NCBI RefSeq assembly: GCF_963921235.1
Contig: NC_086118.1
Location: 26,848,001 to 26,912,000 of the forward strand
DNA: 64,000 bases
Origin: Mobula hypostoma
Lineage: Eukaryota
Direction: 5' to 3'
Shown in pieces: positions 13,401-25,807 of the stretch (position 1 is the stretch's first letter; each line of letters opens with the position of its first letter). The notes under the pieces were generated by a model. The model did not search any database. It saw only the letters and a program-made list of their open reading frames with translations, and was not told the DNA's origin. Position numbers and translations under genes: made by a program.

Positions 13401-16400
13401 CTACACCACACTATGTTCCACCGCTTATAATAAGAGGGTGGACTAGGTTTTAGATCTATGGTACAATGAAACTTGGCTTTCAACACTAATTATTAAGTTT
13501 ATGATGTGATTTTATAGATGGATTATGGAATATCTTGTTGAAGGATTAGATCAGTAAACTACACTACTGGTTATTTCAATCCCAATTTAAAAGCCACTCC
13601 TTTACTGAAAAAAATGCAATCACAGTAATTTGGATGAAGTTATTTGTCTGTTAGCTCAGAAACAACACGCAAAATCAGATATAATGCATAAAAGTGAATT
13701 ACCAGGGCAAGCAGAGGCAAACATTGGTAAAGCATGTTGGTTTTGGCTTCTCTGGTAAAAGCGCTGAACAAATTCTCTTTGACTCTCGAGAAGACTGAAA
13801 TCAGCTGCCAATATCATATTGAAGACATAATGAACCCCTGAAAAGAACAAATTGCATTGATTATCAGCAAAAAAAAAAAAAAAAATCCTTCTACTGGAAG
13901 TATTTTTCTATCACATTGTATTCCAGCATCTTTTTTTAAAAAAATCAGATTTATAGCAGATTTGATATTTTAACTCTCAACAAGATTTGACTGAATGTTT
14001 TCTTTCCACAGATCTGGATAGCATCCTCACTGTTAAGTAGTGCCCAAAGGGTAGCTCAAAGAAAGCATCTAACCTCAGATGCATAGATTAATGCATGCAC
14101 ATTTTTCTGCCAATATAGAAATTAAACACTAAGAAACCATTTCACTGTAACATTGATTTTATTCCAGCAACTCAAGTTCCCAAGTATATACCATAAAACA
14201 CTGCCATTAACATTGTGTACTCCACATTTTGTGTACAATTCCAAACTGATTTAAAACACTTTAGTAAACAAACAGTGATGCCAATAAGTTATCCAATCTG
14301 AGCAACATCTGATGCAGTAAGCTTGCACCAACTCACTTATGCTCAGAGTCAGCACACTTGCATACATTACCTGAACTTTTACAGATTTGTCTTCTCAGAG
14401 AAATTCTGCTTGAAAACATGAGTTGAATCTAATTTTCCACTTCAAAGTTAAACAGCTTTAGTTTACATCTTTATGTCGCATTTTAAAATGAAGTTTGATT
14501 AAAAATAAGACAAGCTAAATATTACTTACCGATGCTTTTCAAGAATCCAGAAAGTCTTTGGGTTACATCAGCAACATTTATACAGTGCTTAGCAGCAAAA
14601 TAGGGCAGTGACTGAGGGGAAATTGAAACTACCAGCACTTTATGTTTGGACTCATCACATCTCTGTGGAAAAGAATGGGCAAAAATTACTAAGATCCGTT
14701 TATTATAACTTGTTGATTAACTTATGTGCATTGCAGCTAGGTGCATAGAGTACTTACCGAACAAGTGAAGGCTGTGAAAGGCAAAATCCAGGATGAGGTT
14801 TTCAGTAATTGCGCCAAAGAGTCAAACGGCAAAGGAAGGAGCCAATCAGCCCACTTCACTCATTGTGCCCAATTACACTAATCCCATTTGCCCACATAGG
14901 ACTGTATCCCTCAATAAATTGTCCATCTCAGTGCATATTAAACATGGTTGGGATGCAGATATTTTACAGGAAGTCATCAGCATGGATCCTCAAGACAATG
15001 CCAATTTGAATACGACATTATGTATCTAATTTGATTGGGGCTGAGCAGTCGAGGAAGAAACCGGCAAGGGACAGAGATATGCCTGTATCAGTCATGTCCA
15101 ACATAATGAGAACTGGCAAAAATTATGTTTGTAAAAAGTGTTGTTTGTATGCTCTCTATGCAATAAATTTGGGGGATACAGTAAATGCCCTTGCTACTCC
15201 CAGCAGAGTATTGGAGGGAAAAAATCTACTAGGTGTCCTTATTCAGATTTGAGTCCAATGAATCTGCCACTGACTGAAGCAAATACAAACTGGACCAGGC
15301 CCACATGCAGTCAAACAACCTGGCAATTTTGCACAACTTCCTTCAGGGAAGAGTTTAAGTGCTGGAATTCTCTTCAAGCAAGAGCAAAAATAAAAAATCA
15401 ATCGAGCAAAGTAAATTGATGTTTATGCTTACTGCATGCATTGAGAAGTTAAAGAGAGTTTACTACATTCAGTGACATTACTTGACTACACAATTGCTTG
15501 ATGGAAACCCTTCAACACCCTGGCAAGTGCAATAGTCAAGTTTTCCTGATGAACAGGTGAGAAACACATTCACTAGATTTCCATTTGAGGTGAAAACGAA
15601 GCTCCATACATCAGTTTAATAAAAAACAAATAGTTATTTCCTAACATTGCAAGGCATTGAGTCACTGAGATTTTACAAATACTTCCTTGTATGTAGTAAC
15701 ATGAGAATAGCTGACATCTATTCATTATAAATTGAATCCTTTTAACTTGACTTGTAAGAATTACTTAATTGCTTCTTCCAGATTTTAATGAGGAAATGCT
15801 TACGAATTCTATTTACATTATGTAGTACTGTACAAATGTTTCAGGCACATAAATATAGCTAGGGTGCTTAAGACTTTTGCATAGTATGGTAGTAATTTAT
15901 TATTGCACTGTACTGCTGCCATAAAAAAATTAAATTTTAATTACATGTGAGTGATGATCATTCTGTAATGATCAGTAAACCAATTGTTTGGAATCAAATG
16001 ATCTTGCCTGGTGTCTCAGAGCTGGGTGTGTCTGCACCCATTCGCACCCCCCCGGGCCACTTGTCCTACATCCCTCCCGCAGTTCTCCACCCTCACCATT
16101 CCCAACATCTTCTGTTCCCGCTAGATTTACAAACTCGCTCTCCACTCCATGTTGACAAATGCTCCACTGTGCCAAAATCTTGGGCACCCTAGCTATATGT
16201 GCCTATCCGTATATTACCCTGCGAAAGTACTTCTACAAAGTGTTGCTGGGGAAGGAGTTACAGAATTTTGATTGGACAATTATGAGAAAAATGTAAAACA
16301 GGGACCTGGATGAAGAAGTATCATCCACCAATTTACCCATTCTTTAAGACAGCATTCATAGGTTTCAACTGAGTTGACATTTGAGCAGGCTGAAATGCTG

Positions 16401-19400
16401 AAGCAGCCTTGGTAATGAGTGGAGTACCATTGGCTTTAACGCTGTTGGTCCAGTTGAGAGACTATACTATGTTTTTCTTAATAGGCATCTTTTAATATCT
16501 TGTCTGCCTCAGGAGAGACAACTGGCCTATATTAAGAATGTATTCCTACTTGCCTGGCACTTCCAAAATTATCTCCTCTCCCTTCACCAGCCAGCTCCCC
16601 CTCACCGCACCCCCATCTCCTGTCCCCAACCACCGGGCCGTGGACTGGTACCGGGCCACAGAGCATGTGCTACCGGGCCGTGAGGAAACGATACGAGTCA
16701 GTTGCACCTTTCCTCATTCCCTGTCATGCACTGCTAAACTTGAACATAGGGTTGCCAACTGTCCCGTATTTGCCAGGACATTCCGTATATTGGACTGAAT
16801 TGGTTTGTCCCGTATTTCCCCCGCTAAGGTAGAGCGTTCCTATGAAACCTTTCGTGCTGAAATGGCGTGAAGCGAAGAAGCAATTACCATTATTTTATAT
16901 GGGAAAAATTTTTGCGCTTTCCCAGACCCAAAAACTAACCTAACAAATCATACCAAATAACACAAAGCCGAAAATAAATAACACTAACATATAGTAAAAG
17001 CAGGAATGATATGATAAATACACAGCCTATATAAAGTAGAAATAATGTATGTACAGTACAGTCAGGAAGATGAAGGCAAAACCGATTTGTTGGGGGGGGG
17101 GGAACAATCGGCACGTACGCGCATATCACATGCACACGTCACGCGCCCGCGCAAGGCTTCATGGTAGTCTTTCCTGGGGTAAAGTGTCCCGGGATTTGAC
17201 TGCTACTTTTGTCCGTTATTTGGGAGTGGGAAAGCTGGCAACCCTAGCTACAAAAGACATGTTGAGGTGAGTTTAACCCTGCTTGAACACCCCCCCCCCC
17301 CCCACCACCACCGGGTCGGCCGGTCCGCAAGAATGTTGTCAATATTAAACCGGTCCGCGGTGCAAAAGAGGTTGGGGACCCCTGCTATTGAAAGTGAATA
17401 TTCTGAAAGGACTGACTTTGTAAACACAGAATCAATTCATTGTGTTAGCCTGTAGCAAGTCATCCAGCCTCACACTTTGCTTGCAGCTACAGGTTGTGTG
17501 GTGCTGGATAAAGGCTGCCACATACTCAGGGGTGGGGTTCTGCATCTTTTGCAATATTCATTTTATCACTGCAAGGAAGAGGTCAGGATAACCTCCACCT
17601 ACATGAAAAATAATTTGACAGTATTGTTTAGACAGCTGTCAAAATGTTACTGAAATGCTTCTAATTATTTCACTCCTTATAAAAACCCAAGCTATTTTTA
17701 AAAAATCCTAACATACCAAAAAAAAATCTAGAGAAGCTGTTACATATTGCAGACATATCTGCAGCCAGTTTCCACTAAATTCTTTGCCTATACCATATGT
17801 AACCAGATCCAACCAGAATTCCCAGGTTAGTGCTGGGCAATCTATACAACTTCATGCTTCACTGCTGTACTCCATAAAGGGACGAGCAAACAAGTCTTAG
17901 CATCACACATTTTCAGGTATTTATAAAAATCTGCATGTGTGGAAACTCCCAACATTACTGGTAACTGTTCAGGGAAATAGCAATATTTCTGCACAATATC
18001 TGTTTGGTATACTGTCAACTGGCATAAATTAAATGCTTGATATTCTGAGACTTCAAGAGCTTTGCCCTGCTAACTTTTTTTTAGGCATCCATTAGTCTCA
18101 AGAGACCATGGATTTGCGCCTTGGAAGGTATCCATGGAGCAGGCCTGGGCAAGATTGTATGGAAGACCAGCAGCTTCCCATGCTGCAAGTCTCTCCTCTC
18201 TATGCCACCGGTGTTGTCCAAGGGAAGGGCATTAGGACCCATACAGCTTGGCACCGGTGTCGTCGCAAAGCAATGTGTGGTAAAGTGCCTTGCTCAAGGA
18301 CACATGCTGCCTCAGCCAAGGCTCGAACTAGCGACCTTCAAATCACTAGACGAACGCCTTAACCACTTGGCCAAGTGCCATCCCTGCTAACTAATACATC
18401 ACTAAACTATCACTACTTTTCTTATACACAATATACTATAAGCTCAAATATTTACTGTTACCAATTTATGTTCAAGTTATAAACTACATGATCTATTTTA
18501 CACACTGCAAATTTACAATTACATATTCTGTACCTGACATCATCTGTGATTTGAGCACAATCAATACAATGCACTTACATTTAACGCAAAATTATCTGTA
18601 TAGCATGACGACAAACAAATTTCCAACATTCAAACAATTATTGGCCATCTTTGACATAACCACACCAATTCATTACATACTGGCCCACAACCATCAATAC
18701 TTGAAAGTCATTGATCTTGGAACAATCACTTCAAGTCAACTAAATTGGATAGAAACATTCAAGTGGCTTTTAAGACAATTAATTTCTGAGCTTAATGGTT
18801 TGCACCATCAAAATAAAAATGGAGCTGAAATGCCAGCAATGGAGATTTTACTTTGGATCACACTCAGATACTATTCTACTCTAATAATGATCACATTTAA
18901 TTGACATCTTTGCCTGCCTAAGTAAAGAGTACAAAGTGAGCCTCATGGTACATCAGCACAGCTGGATGACTTCAGTATTTTTCATTATGACACCCCACAA
19001 CACATGCCAGCACCTAACTTTGAAATAAGTCTTTTTTGTAACCTGAACCAGAGAGGTACAACCTAGACAGCTAATTACAGCTGTGTTCTAAAGTACAATT
19101 GCCCGTCATATTTTGATAGTGGGAAGATGTGGCACATATTTTTGTGCAGGCAACGATATTAAGCACCACCACTTTAAGTGAAAAGCCACCAAACATACAG
19201 GCACCATCACAAAGGAAATGTGAACCATATGCTTTGCACTTCAATGGCATATACTTCAAATGTACAAGCACTCTTTTGATGTACACCTGTTATACTATTC
19301 TCTATTTCAGGTTTTTGAAGCTTCTAACTACTGGGGTGTACTGGTATATTAACAATACTAAGCAGGCTCACTTTTTCATTTAATGGGCATTGGTTACTTC

Positions 19401-21076
19401 CTAAAAGGAAATGTTATCAGCTGATCAAGAAATCAATTTGCTAAGCTCTTCAATACCCTTTCAAGAACTCTTGCTTATAAAGTTACACAAGCCTAGGATT
19501 TTTCATTGCAGAAATAATGGTTTGACTCAATTCGCCCTTAAATATTTGGATTCATACTTTACAACCATTTGCAATCAATATTATGGCTATCAGAGTGGCA
19601 TTGCTAATAGAACTGCTGCCTCCAATTCTCCAATGTAAATCCATTCCTGAATTCAGGCGATATTTTAATGGAGTTCATATAATCTCTCTGTGATACCATG
19701 GGCTTTCTCAAAGTGCTCTAGTTTCTTCTTATATGCCAATGATGTGTGGTTTCAGGTTATCGGTTGTGCCTAATACAAGAGGCAGAATCTAGATCAACTT
19801 GATAGGAGTGGGGTGAGGGGGGAGAAAAACATGGGTGCTTAATGGTCAGCCTACACTTGAAGGACCAAAGGGTCTGGTTTTTTGCTGTACAACTCTGGTA
19901 TAGACATTTGAAAGAATAAGCTGGAACATGCTAGAGTACAGGATATAGGATAAATGTCCTAAGTTTAACTCCCCCCCCCAACAATTTCATCCCCAACTGA
20001 CTTTAGAAGTATGAAATGATTGGAAGACAACGGCAACAGGCAAACCATATTTTGGCCATTTATCTCCTCCACCAATGACAAAAAGAAAAACAAATTAGGT
20101 TGAATTCATGACAAATAAAGGGATGGTGGGGGGGGGGGGGAGGAGGGAGGAGAGATGGTGTTGCCTGAGAAAATTAACAGAAAATCATGTTGCAAAAAAG
20201 TTATAAACTTCCAGGCCTAAGCAAGACCCCACAAGTGAGACCTCAGCAGTTTGTTGCTCTTTTTCTGTACCTCAGAGAGACATAAATTTCCTCCATTAAA
20301 ATGTCCTTCGAATATGGGTTCCAGCTGTAACTTTTGTTGCTAGTTTAAAATGTGTTTACGGTGTAAATCGCAGAGTTACATGAGGCGCACAGGGAATATC
20401 CTGGTAAATCCCATTCATGCAAAGTGAACAAAAACTGAAAAAAAATCTGGTAATTTGTGACTCCATATGACCAAACGGCAACGACACTAACAATAGGTGC
20501 ATCTTAAGAACAAAATTCTGGCCCAGTTTTACAGCAATTTACAGAAAGCATGAATTTAACGGCCTTTGTCTTCCCCATACAGTGTATTTTACCTGATTGA
20601 GGTCAAGCACAGTTAAAAACTCCTGGTATTGCTGGGCAATCCGCGAACCTTCCGTGGGCGTCACGCAATTTTCACAAGCCAGGCAGTCAGTAAGGAATAT
20701 TTTTGCATTCGCCAACTTATGAAATTCACTTTCCTTTGAAAGAATAAAAACAAACATTTAGTAAGCACGAATCAATCATTTACCATTGAAGTATTTTTCT
20801 CCCCCCCCCCCCCCGCTCGGTGTGTTACCTCGTCTATATCACTGCTGCTTGAGCTTTTCGTGTCGATGACCAGACTTTCGTTTTCGTCATTTATCCGTTT
20901 TTTACTACATTCCTGGATTAAAACATCAGCCGTTGTCAATAACAACACTCAGCTTCCTAGAAACCACATGCCTACGCATTGTTACAATGCACATACAGGG
21001 AAGGAATAACATTTTAAAAACTAACCAAGGACAAAGGATTTTTATTTACCTTCTTAGTGCATTTGTCACACTTCAT
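1274..21076 (-). CDS. NARF: NARF (nuclear prelamin A recognition factor, Fe-hydrogenase-like), coding exons 1-9, 3'-partial: join(21076-21050,20912-20829,20733-20593,14662-14530,13837-13703,8552-8434,7152-7023,1559-1487,1411-1274)
   Basis: Spliced translation [15 protein letters not shown]...[23 protein letters not shown]...[12 protein letters not shown]...[10 protein letters not shown]...[18 protein letters not shown] matches NARF. All introns GT-AG, phase continuous over 980 nt. Synteny with CYBC1 and HEXD. Confidence 0.95.
1487..1559 (-). CDS. NARF: NARF coding exon 8 ([24 protein letters not shown])
   Basis: 73 nt, TTTCAG acceptor, GTAAGC donor, phases 1-2 fit the neighbours. Confidence 0.9.
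4100..4890 (-). mobile_element. CR1-type LINE 3' remnant
   Basis: Antisense similarity to the CR1 3' end at 42540-43426; boundaries approximate. Confidence 0.7.
6548..6797 (+). mobile_element. Short non-autonomous retroelement, probably RTE-derived
   Basis: (GAA)n-like tail; TSD TGCGATTAAAACA 6535-6547 / TGCCATTAAAACA 6798-6810. Confidence 0.6.
7023..7152 (-). CDS. NARF: NARF coding exon 7 ([23 protein letters not shown]...VDCVLTS)
   Basis: 130 nt, AG/GT ends, PCYDKK motif. Confidence 0.95.
7348..7450 (+). mobile_element. PLE terminal-repeat fragment with hammerhead motif (7350-7385)
   Basis: AGUC-CUGACGA-AGGGUCUCAGCCU-GAAACGUU-GACU followed by GATGCTGCCTGGCCTGCTG tail. A more decayed copy follows at ~7583-7682. 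Confidence 0.75.
8042..8184. mobile_element. Fold-back PLE terminal-repeat element, 13-bp TSD
   Basis: TGGATAAGGGATA at 8029-8041 and 8185-8197; ~40-bp left arm inverted against the right arm. Confidence 0.88.
8434..8552 (-). CDS. NARF: NARF coding exon 6 ([11 protein letters not shown]...[22 protein letters not shown])
   Basis: 119 nt, CAG acceptor, GTAAAT donor. Confidence 0.95.
10640..11147 (+). mobile_element. Rex1/Babar-like LINE 3' remnant
   Basis: [38 protein letters not shown]-terminal motif; boundaries approximate. Confidence 0.65.
12690..12914. mobile_element. Older fold-back PLE terminal-repeat element
   Basis: Diverged inverted arms with decayed hammerhead cores at the centre; CAATTATTTTT at 12679-12689 and 12915-12925. 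Confidence 0.78.
13703..13837 (-). CDS. NARF: NARF coding exon 5 ([23 protein letters not shown]...PMFASACP)
   Basis: 135 nt, AG/GT ends, SACPG motif. Confidence 0.95.
14530..14662 (-). CDS. NARF: NARF coding exon 4 ([25 protein letters not shown]...GFLKSI)
   Basis: 133 nt, CAG acceptor, GTAAGT donor; not in ORF track, read manually. Confidence 0.95.
15822..15891. mobile_element. Short Tc1/mariner-like MITE; partial related copy at ~16165-16205
   Basis: Imperfect palindrome AGTACTGTACAAATGTTTCAGGCAC ... GTGCTTAAGACTTTTGCATAGTAT. Confidence 0.5.
16617..17384. mobile_element. Composite non-autonomous DNA transposon: hAT-Charlie-like shell containing a second hAT (16747-17281) that contains a Tigger end
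   Basis: Outer ends GTCCCCAACC...GGTTGGGGACCCCTG; inner TAGGGTTGCCA...AACCCTG with 8-bp TSD CTTGAACA (16739-16746/17282-17289). Confidence 0.75.
18076..18381 (-). mobile_element. tRNA-derived SINE
   Basis: Minus-strand A box TGGCCAAGTGG and B box AGTTCGAGCC, short A tail; TSD CCCTGCTAACT 18065-18075/18382-18392. Confidence 0.85.
20593..20733 (-). CDS. NARF: NARF coding exon 3 ([25 protein letters not shown]...LDLNQ)
   Basis: 141 nt, AG/GT ends, CLACxxC Fe-S ligand motif. Confidence 0.95.
20829..20912 (-). CDS. NARF: NARF coding exon 2 ([28 protein letters not shown])
   Basis: CAG acceptor, GTAACA donor, 84 nt, phase 0-0, starts ECSKK as in NARF. Confidence 0.88.
21050..21076 (-). CDS. NARF: NARF coding exon 1 (MKCDKCTKK)
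   Basis: ATG at 21076-21074, 27 nt, followed by GTAAAT donor; matches NARF N-terminus MKCxxCTxK. Confidence 0.9.
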
Positions 21077-21429
21077 GTCGAGGGAATGACGTTCGCCTTC
21101 CTCTCCCCCTTTCTACTAGAATGCGTACAGTTACGGTTCTACCACCCTGGCGACACAAAGAGATTGTTTTGAAGTTGAGAAGAACGCAATCGGGAGTTCG
21201 CTCCCGACGCTCGACGCTGTCTGCGGGATGTTTAAGGACGAGTCTCTCGCTTACACACACACACACCGGGCCGGCGGCTACAGTCTCGCCGATAACCCCC
21301 AGGGATAATCAAGGCCATTTTCAAAATGAAACCCCAGCTAACTACATTCAAGCAGTCCATACCAATGACACTCCCGTCCGTGGTAACAACCATTCCTCGG
21401 GCACTTGCAAACTATTCCAATAGACAGCC

Positions 21430-21431
<2 letters not shown>

Positions 21432-21467
<36 letters not shown>

Positions 21468-21554
21468 TCCTGGAGCACCACAGCAGGTCAGGCAGCATGC
21501 ATGAGGAGGAATAAAGAGCGGACTTTTTCGGGCCGAGACCCCTCATCAGGACTC
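21432..21554 (-). mobile_element. Old PLE terminal-repeat fragment with expanded (AC)16 microsatellite (21432-21463)
   Basis: CAGCAGGTCAGGCAGCAT tail motif; minus-strand CUGAUGA-GGGGUCUCGGCCC-GAAA. Confidence 0.7.
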
Positions 21555-22259
21555 GGCCGTCGCCTCAGACAGCCTACGCGGTTTATTACCAGACAACAAC
21601 CAGCAGACAAACGCCAAGGATTAAGGACTTCTCCCGCATATCAAGCAGGGTTCGCTTCCAGTCTCATGCTCCTCTCGTGGACGGGACCCCCCCTTCCCCG
21701 AGAGCGGAGTCACTCCGCCCGGCACAGGATCACCCGGAGCCAGTCTGCCGCAGGAACGCCCCGCAGACACACTAGAACCGCCTCCCCGCTCAACGACATT
21801 GCGAACCTGACACACCGCACGTATCTGGGAACAGTACACATGTGGGGGCTCATCTGTTCCAACATCCTCCACTACTGACTTCACCCCTTCTGCACCCGAA
21901 AAACAATATTTTTTTTTAAAAAACAGTTTGAATTTAGAGCTTTGTTTCACTTTCATTCAGTTCGTAGAAACAAACGAGTTCAAACTAAACCGCCCGGACT
22001 ATTTACTATTTATTTTAAAGCCCAATTTCCTGCAAAAGTAACACTTCCAATCCCAACTCTGACCTCCGGTTGGCTATCATGAGAGATACTAACCGTAAGT
22101 TGACACAACTGCGGAACCGGCCCAGCTACTTGCGAATACTGCGCTCTGTCATTCATTTCTCTGTTGGTTGCAGTGGGTGGAGGGAGGGAAACGAAGTTAA
22201 TGCGTCCTTCTCATTGGGTAGCAGGCTTCCGGAGGCGGGTCCTAACCCAAACCAATGAG

Positions 22260-22354
22260 AGAGCGGAGATCTTCAAGCGAGAAGAGGAAGAAATCATTCT
22301 GAAACTTGCTCGCCTTCCTGGTGAGGCTCACGAGGAAGAGCTGCAGATCTGATG
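22260..22354 (+). other. CYBC1: Putative non-coding first exon of CYBC1 (start approximate; donor at 22321 GTGAGG or 22355 GTATGA)
   Basis: Lies just downstream of the CCAAT/ETS cluster at the edge of the CpG-rich region, with two plausible donors; no transcript evidence. Confidence 0.4.
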
Positions 22355-23387
22355 GTATGACTTTATTCCTCTAAAACCAGAAATATTTTCAAAGGCAAGG
22401 GTACAATTTCATAGTTATAATGCCGGTCGTTGTTGCTTTAGATGTGTTTTCTAACTGGAAGTTTCTGAAACTGATAACATGCCATTTAATAGATGCGCTA
22501 CACAGCAAATTTCAATCAAGATATTTGCTACTTTCTTATTCTAAAATGTGTTTTTAAACTGTACTGATTTTTCTTCAACGCTTGCATGTTTAAGATATCT
22601 AATTAAGTGCTTTGCTATTAAGTGTTGCGTCTAAATCTCAAGTAGTTCTGATTTTCCCCCAACAGTAAGTTATACCGCAAAAACGCCCCTTTTGGAATCC
22701 CTTGCCCAACACCCTTCCGTCTCAACAAACCAGGAAAGAAAAACTATAATTGCGAATATTCTAAGCGTGTTATCTTTAACAACGGAATTGTCATGATGGG
22801 GTCAGATTAGGCATTAAAAAAAACCCAGAAAAACTGGAAGCACTCAGAAGATCAGGCAGTTTCTGTGGAATGAGATTGAGTGAACGTTTCAGTTGGAACA
22901 CCTGTTATCAGAACCTGTCTCCCAGAGGGTACGTTTATTAAACTCTGAAGACGTTCCGTGCTGTGGGGGAGCAGCGAACGCTTAGATTTTACTGATTTAA
23001 TTGTTCACCGATATTGCTGCCCCACCCCATATCTCATCCTTTGTGTTTCCCTCATACACTCATTAAAGGACCATCAGCGGCAGATTACTGGAAGTTACCA
23101 ACACTCTTTGGGGCCACAATACAAGGAGGATGGCCACAAAGCATTAAAAATTGATGTATAATATACACCAAACAAGAATTAGGAATTAAGTTGAAATGAC
23201 TGCATGAAATTCAGCATAAAATATTAAATTTCATTAGATGTAAATACAACGCGATTGGAAGTGACTTCTAAGATTGAAATACTCAGATGAAAGACTGGAG
23301 ATACAAAGAGGTGGACCATGAGGTGCTGCTTTGATGCATTAAAGGATAGACTAATGGTCCATGGGGAATTTATAGGCGCATTGATCT

Positions 23388-25786
23388 CTCTCTGTCTGGC
23401 TATCCATCCCATAGGATGATGATGGTTCCTCAGCAGGTCGGGCAGCATCCGTGGAAACTATCAGTCAACATTTCGGGCCGGAACCCTTCGTTGGGACTGA
23501 AGAGGGAGGGGGCGGAGGCCCTGTAAAGAAGGTGGAGGGGGGAAGGAGAAGGCTGGTAGGTTCCAGGTGAAAAACCAGTAAGGGGAAAGAAAAGGGGGTG
23601 GGGGAGGGGAAAGGCAGGAAAGGTGAAGAAGGAATAGGGGAAAACACAATGGGTAGTAGAAGGAGGTGGAACCATGAGGGAGGTGATAGGCAGCTGGGGG
23701 AGGGGGCAGAGTGACATAGGGATAGGGGAGGGGAGGGGGAGGGAATTACTGGAATTTGGAGAATTCAATGTTCATACCAAGGGGCTGGAGACTACCCGGT
23801 TGGTATATTAGGTGTTGCTCCTCCAACCTGAGTTTAGCCTCATCATGGCAGTAGAGGAGGCCATGTATGGACATATCCGAATGGGAATGTGAAGCAGAGT
23901 TGAAGTGGGTGGCAACCGGGAGATCATGTCTGTTTTGGCGGACGGAGCGGAGGTGCTTGACGAAGCAGTCCCCCAATCTGCGTCGGGTTTCACCGATGTA
24001 GAGGAGGCCGCACCGGGAGCACCGGATGCAATAGATGACCCCAACAGACTCACAAGTGAGGTGTTGCCTCACCTGGAAAGACTGTTTGGGGCCCTGAATG
24101 GTGGCAAGAGAGGAGGTGTAGGGACAGGTGTAGCACTTACGCTTACAGGGATAAGTGCCAGGTGGGAGATCCGTGGGGAGGGACGTGTGGATCAGGGAGT
24201 CGCGGAGGGACCAATCCCTGTGGAAAGTGGAGGGGGTGGAGAGGGAAAGATGTGCTTAGTGGTGGGGTCCTGTTGAAGGTGGCGGAAGTTGCAGAGGATA
24301 ATGTGCTGGATCCAAAGGCTGGTGGGGTGGTAGGTGAGGACCAGGGGAACTCTGTCCCTGTTATGGTGGTGGGAGGATGGGGTGAGAGCTGAAGTGCAGG
24401 AACTGGAGGAGATGTGGGTGAGGGCATCATTGATGATGGCAGAAGGGAAAACATGATCCTTAAGGAAAGAGGACATTTGAGATGTCCTGGAACGGAAAGC
24501 CTCATCCTGGGAGCAGATGTGGTGGCGATGGAGGAACGGGAATAGGGAATGGCATTTTTGCATGTGGCGGGGTGGGAAGAGGTAGAGTTGAGGTAGTTAT
24601 GAGAGTCAGTGGGCTTGTAGAAGATGTCAGTGGACAGTCTGGAGACCGAGAGATCGAGAAAGGGGAGAGAAGTGTCCAAGATAGACCAAGTGAATTTGAG
24701 GGCTGGGTGGAAGTTTGGAGTAAAGGCGATGAAAATGATGAGCTCAGCGTGGGTGCAGGAAGCAGCACCAATGTAGTGGTCAATGTAGCGAAGGAAAAAT
24801 TGGGCAGTAGTACCAGAATAGGTTTGCAGCACAGACTGTTCCACATAACCAACGAAGAGGCAGGCATAGCTGGGGCCCATGCGAGTGCCCATAGCTACAC
24901 CCTTGGTCTGAAGAAAGTGGGAAGAGCCAAAAGAGAAGTTATTAAGTGTGAGTTCCAGTGCCGCCAACTGGAGGAGGGTAGTGGTGGTGGGAAACCGGTG
25001 AGGTCTATTGTCCAGAAAGTAGCGGAGGGCTTTGAGGCCTTCTACCCATTGTGTTTTCCCCTATTCCTTCTTCACCTTTCCTGCCTATCACCTCCCTGCT
25101 TCCCCTCCCCCCACCCCTTTATCTTTCCCCATACTGGTTTTTCACCTGAAACCTACCAGCCTTCTCCTTCCCACCATCCCCCACCTTCTTTATAGGGCCT
25201 CTGCCCCTTCCCTTTTCAGTCCCGACGAAGGGTTCCGGCCCGAAACATTGACTGATCGTTTCCACGGATGATGCCCGACCTGCTGAGTTCCTCCAGCTTG
25301 TTGTGAGTGTTGGTTTGACCCCAGCATCTGCAGAGTATTTTGTGTTGATGGTTCCTTTCAGTCAGTTAGTGCGGTGGTACCCCACTCCTCAGAAAGGAAC
25401 AGCGTGTGCGAGAGTGGATTTTAGCTGAGTAGGGGGTTGCACAGGTCCAGACCCACCCTCTCAACATCCCCTCCTGGATCCAGCGGCATGGTGGGGTCCA
25501 AGACGGCTGGGGGAAGCTCTGTTGCAGTGAATGTCCAGACCAAGCTTCGATGCAAGGGATGCCCTTTCCGCACTTCACGGCACATGTTTGCTAGATGGCG
25601 GTAGACCCTACGAGAGGGTTCATCCACCCTTTGATAGGTCTTGTTTTTTGTCCTGCAGGGTGTCTAGCCACCCTCCTTACCAGGCAAGCCTGGTGGGGGA
25701 GCTGGTTTAGTCTCCGACCACCTGACTCTGCGACAGGTAGTACTGGGTCACATGGTACCAGTAGCACTCAGATGAGTGACCTGACC
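23388..25786 (-). mobile_element. Non-autonomous retroelement (probably RTE-related) split by the PLE insertion
   Basis: Sequence is continuous across the PLE TSD; ATTGATCT repeated at 23380-23387 and 25793-25800; orientation inferred. Confidence 0.5.
23431..25345 (-). mobile_element. Penelope-like retroelement, 5'-truncated and degenerate, with inverted terminal repeat (~25040-25345 on plus)
   Basis: RT motifs QTKGVAMGTRMGPSYA, FLRYIDH (YIDD mutated), FLDL; GIY-YIG GVIYCIRCSRCGLLYIGETRRRL at 24072-23746; frameshifts; TSD TGATGGTTCCT 23420-23430/25346-25356. Confidence 0.92.
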
Positions 25787-25807
25787 AGATGTATTGATCT
25801 AGAATAA

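Larger units (their letters stand above)
20800..22360. promoter_or_regulatory. CpG-rich divergent promoter region between NARF and CYBC1
   Basis: Visibly CpG/GC-rich against the AT-rich background. CCAAT boxes on opposite strands (22213-22217 ATTGG, 22252-22256 CCAAT), ETS-like CTTCCGG 22226-22232, GC boxes at 21990-21995 and 22232-22239. Confidence 0.7.

Noticed and set aside
18488..18904. 138-aa ORF antisense in a NARF intron
   Set aside because: No motifs or splice support; likely chance.
20121..20160. G-rich tract, potential G-quadruplex
   Set aside because: Simple homopolymer like several others in the window; no functional evidence.
1274..21076. Assignment to the paralog NARFL/CIAO3
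   Set aside because: The MKCxxCTxK start, [10 protein letters not shown] and the CYBC1/HEXD neighbours fit NARF.
21405..21956. 157-aa and 111-aa ORFs in the promoter region
   Set aside because: Explained by GC-rich composition and the AC repeat (THTH); no recognisable domain.
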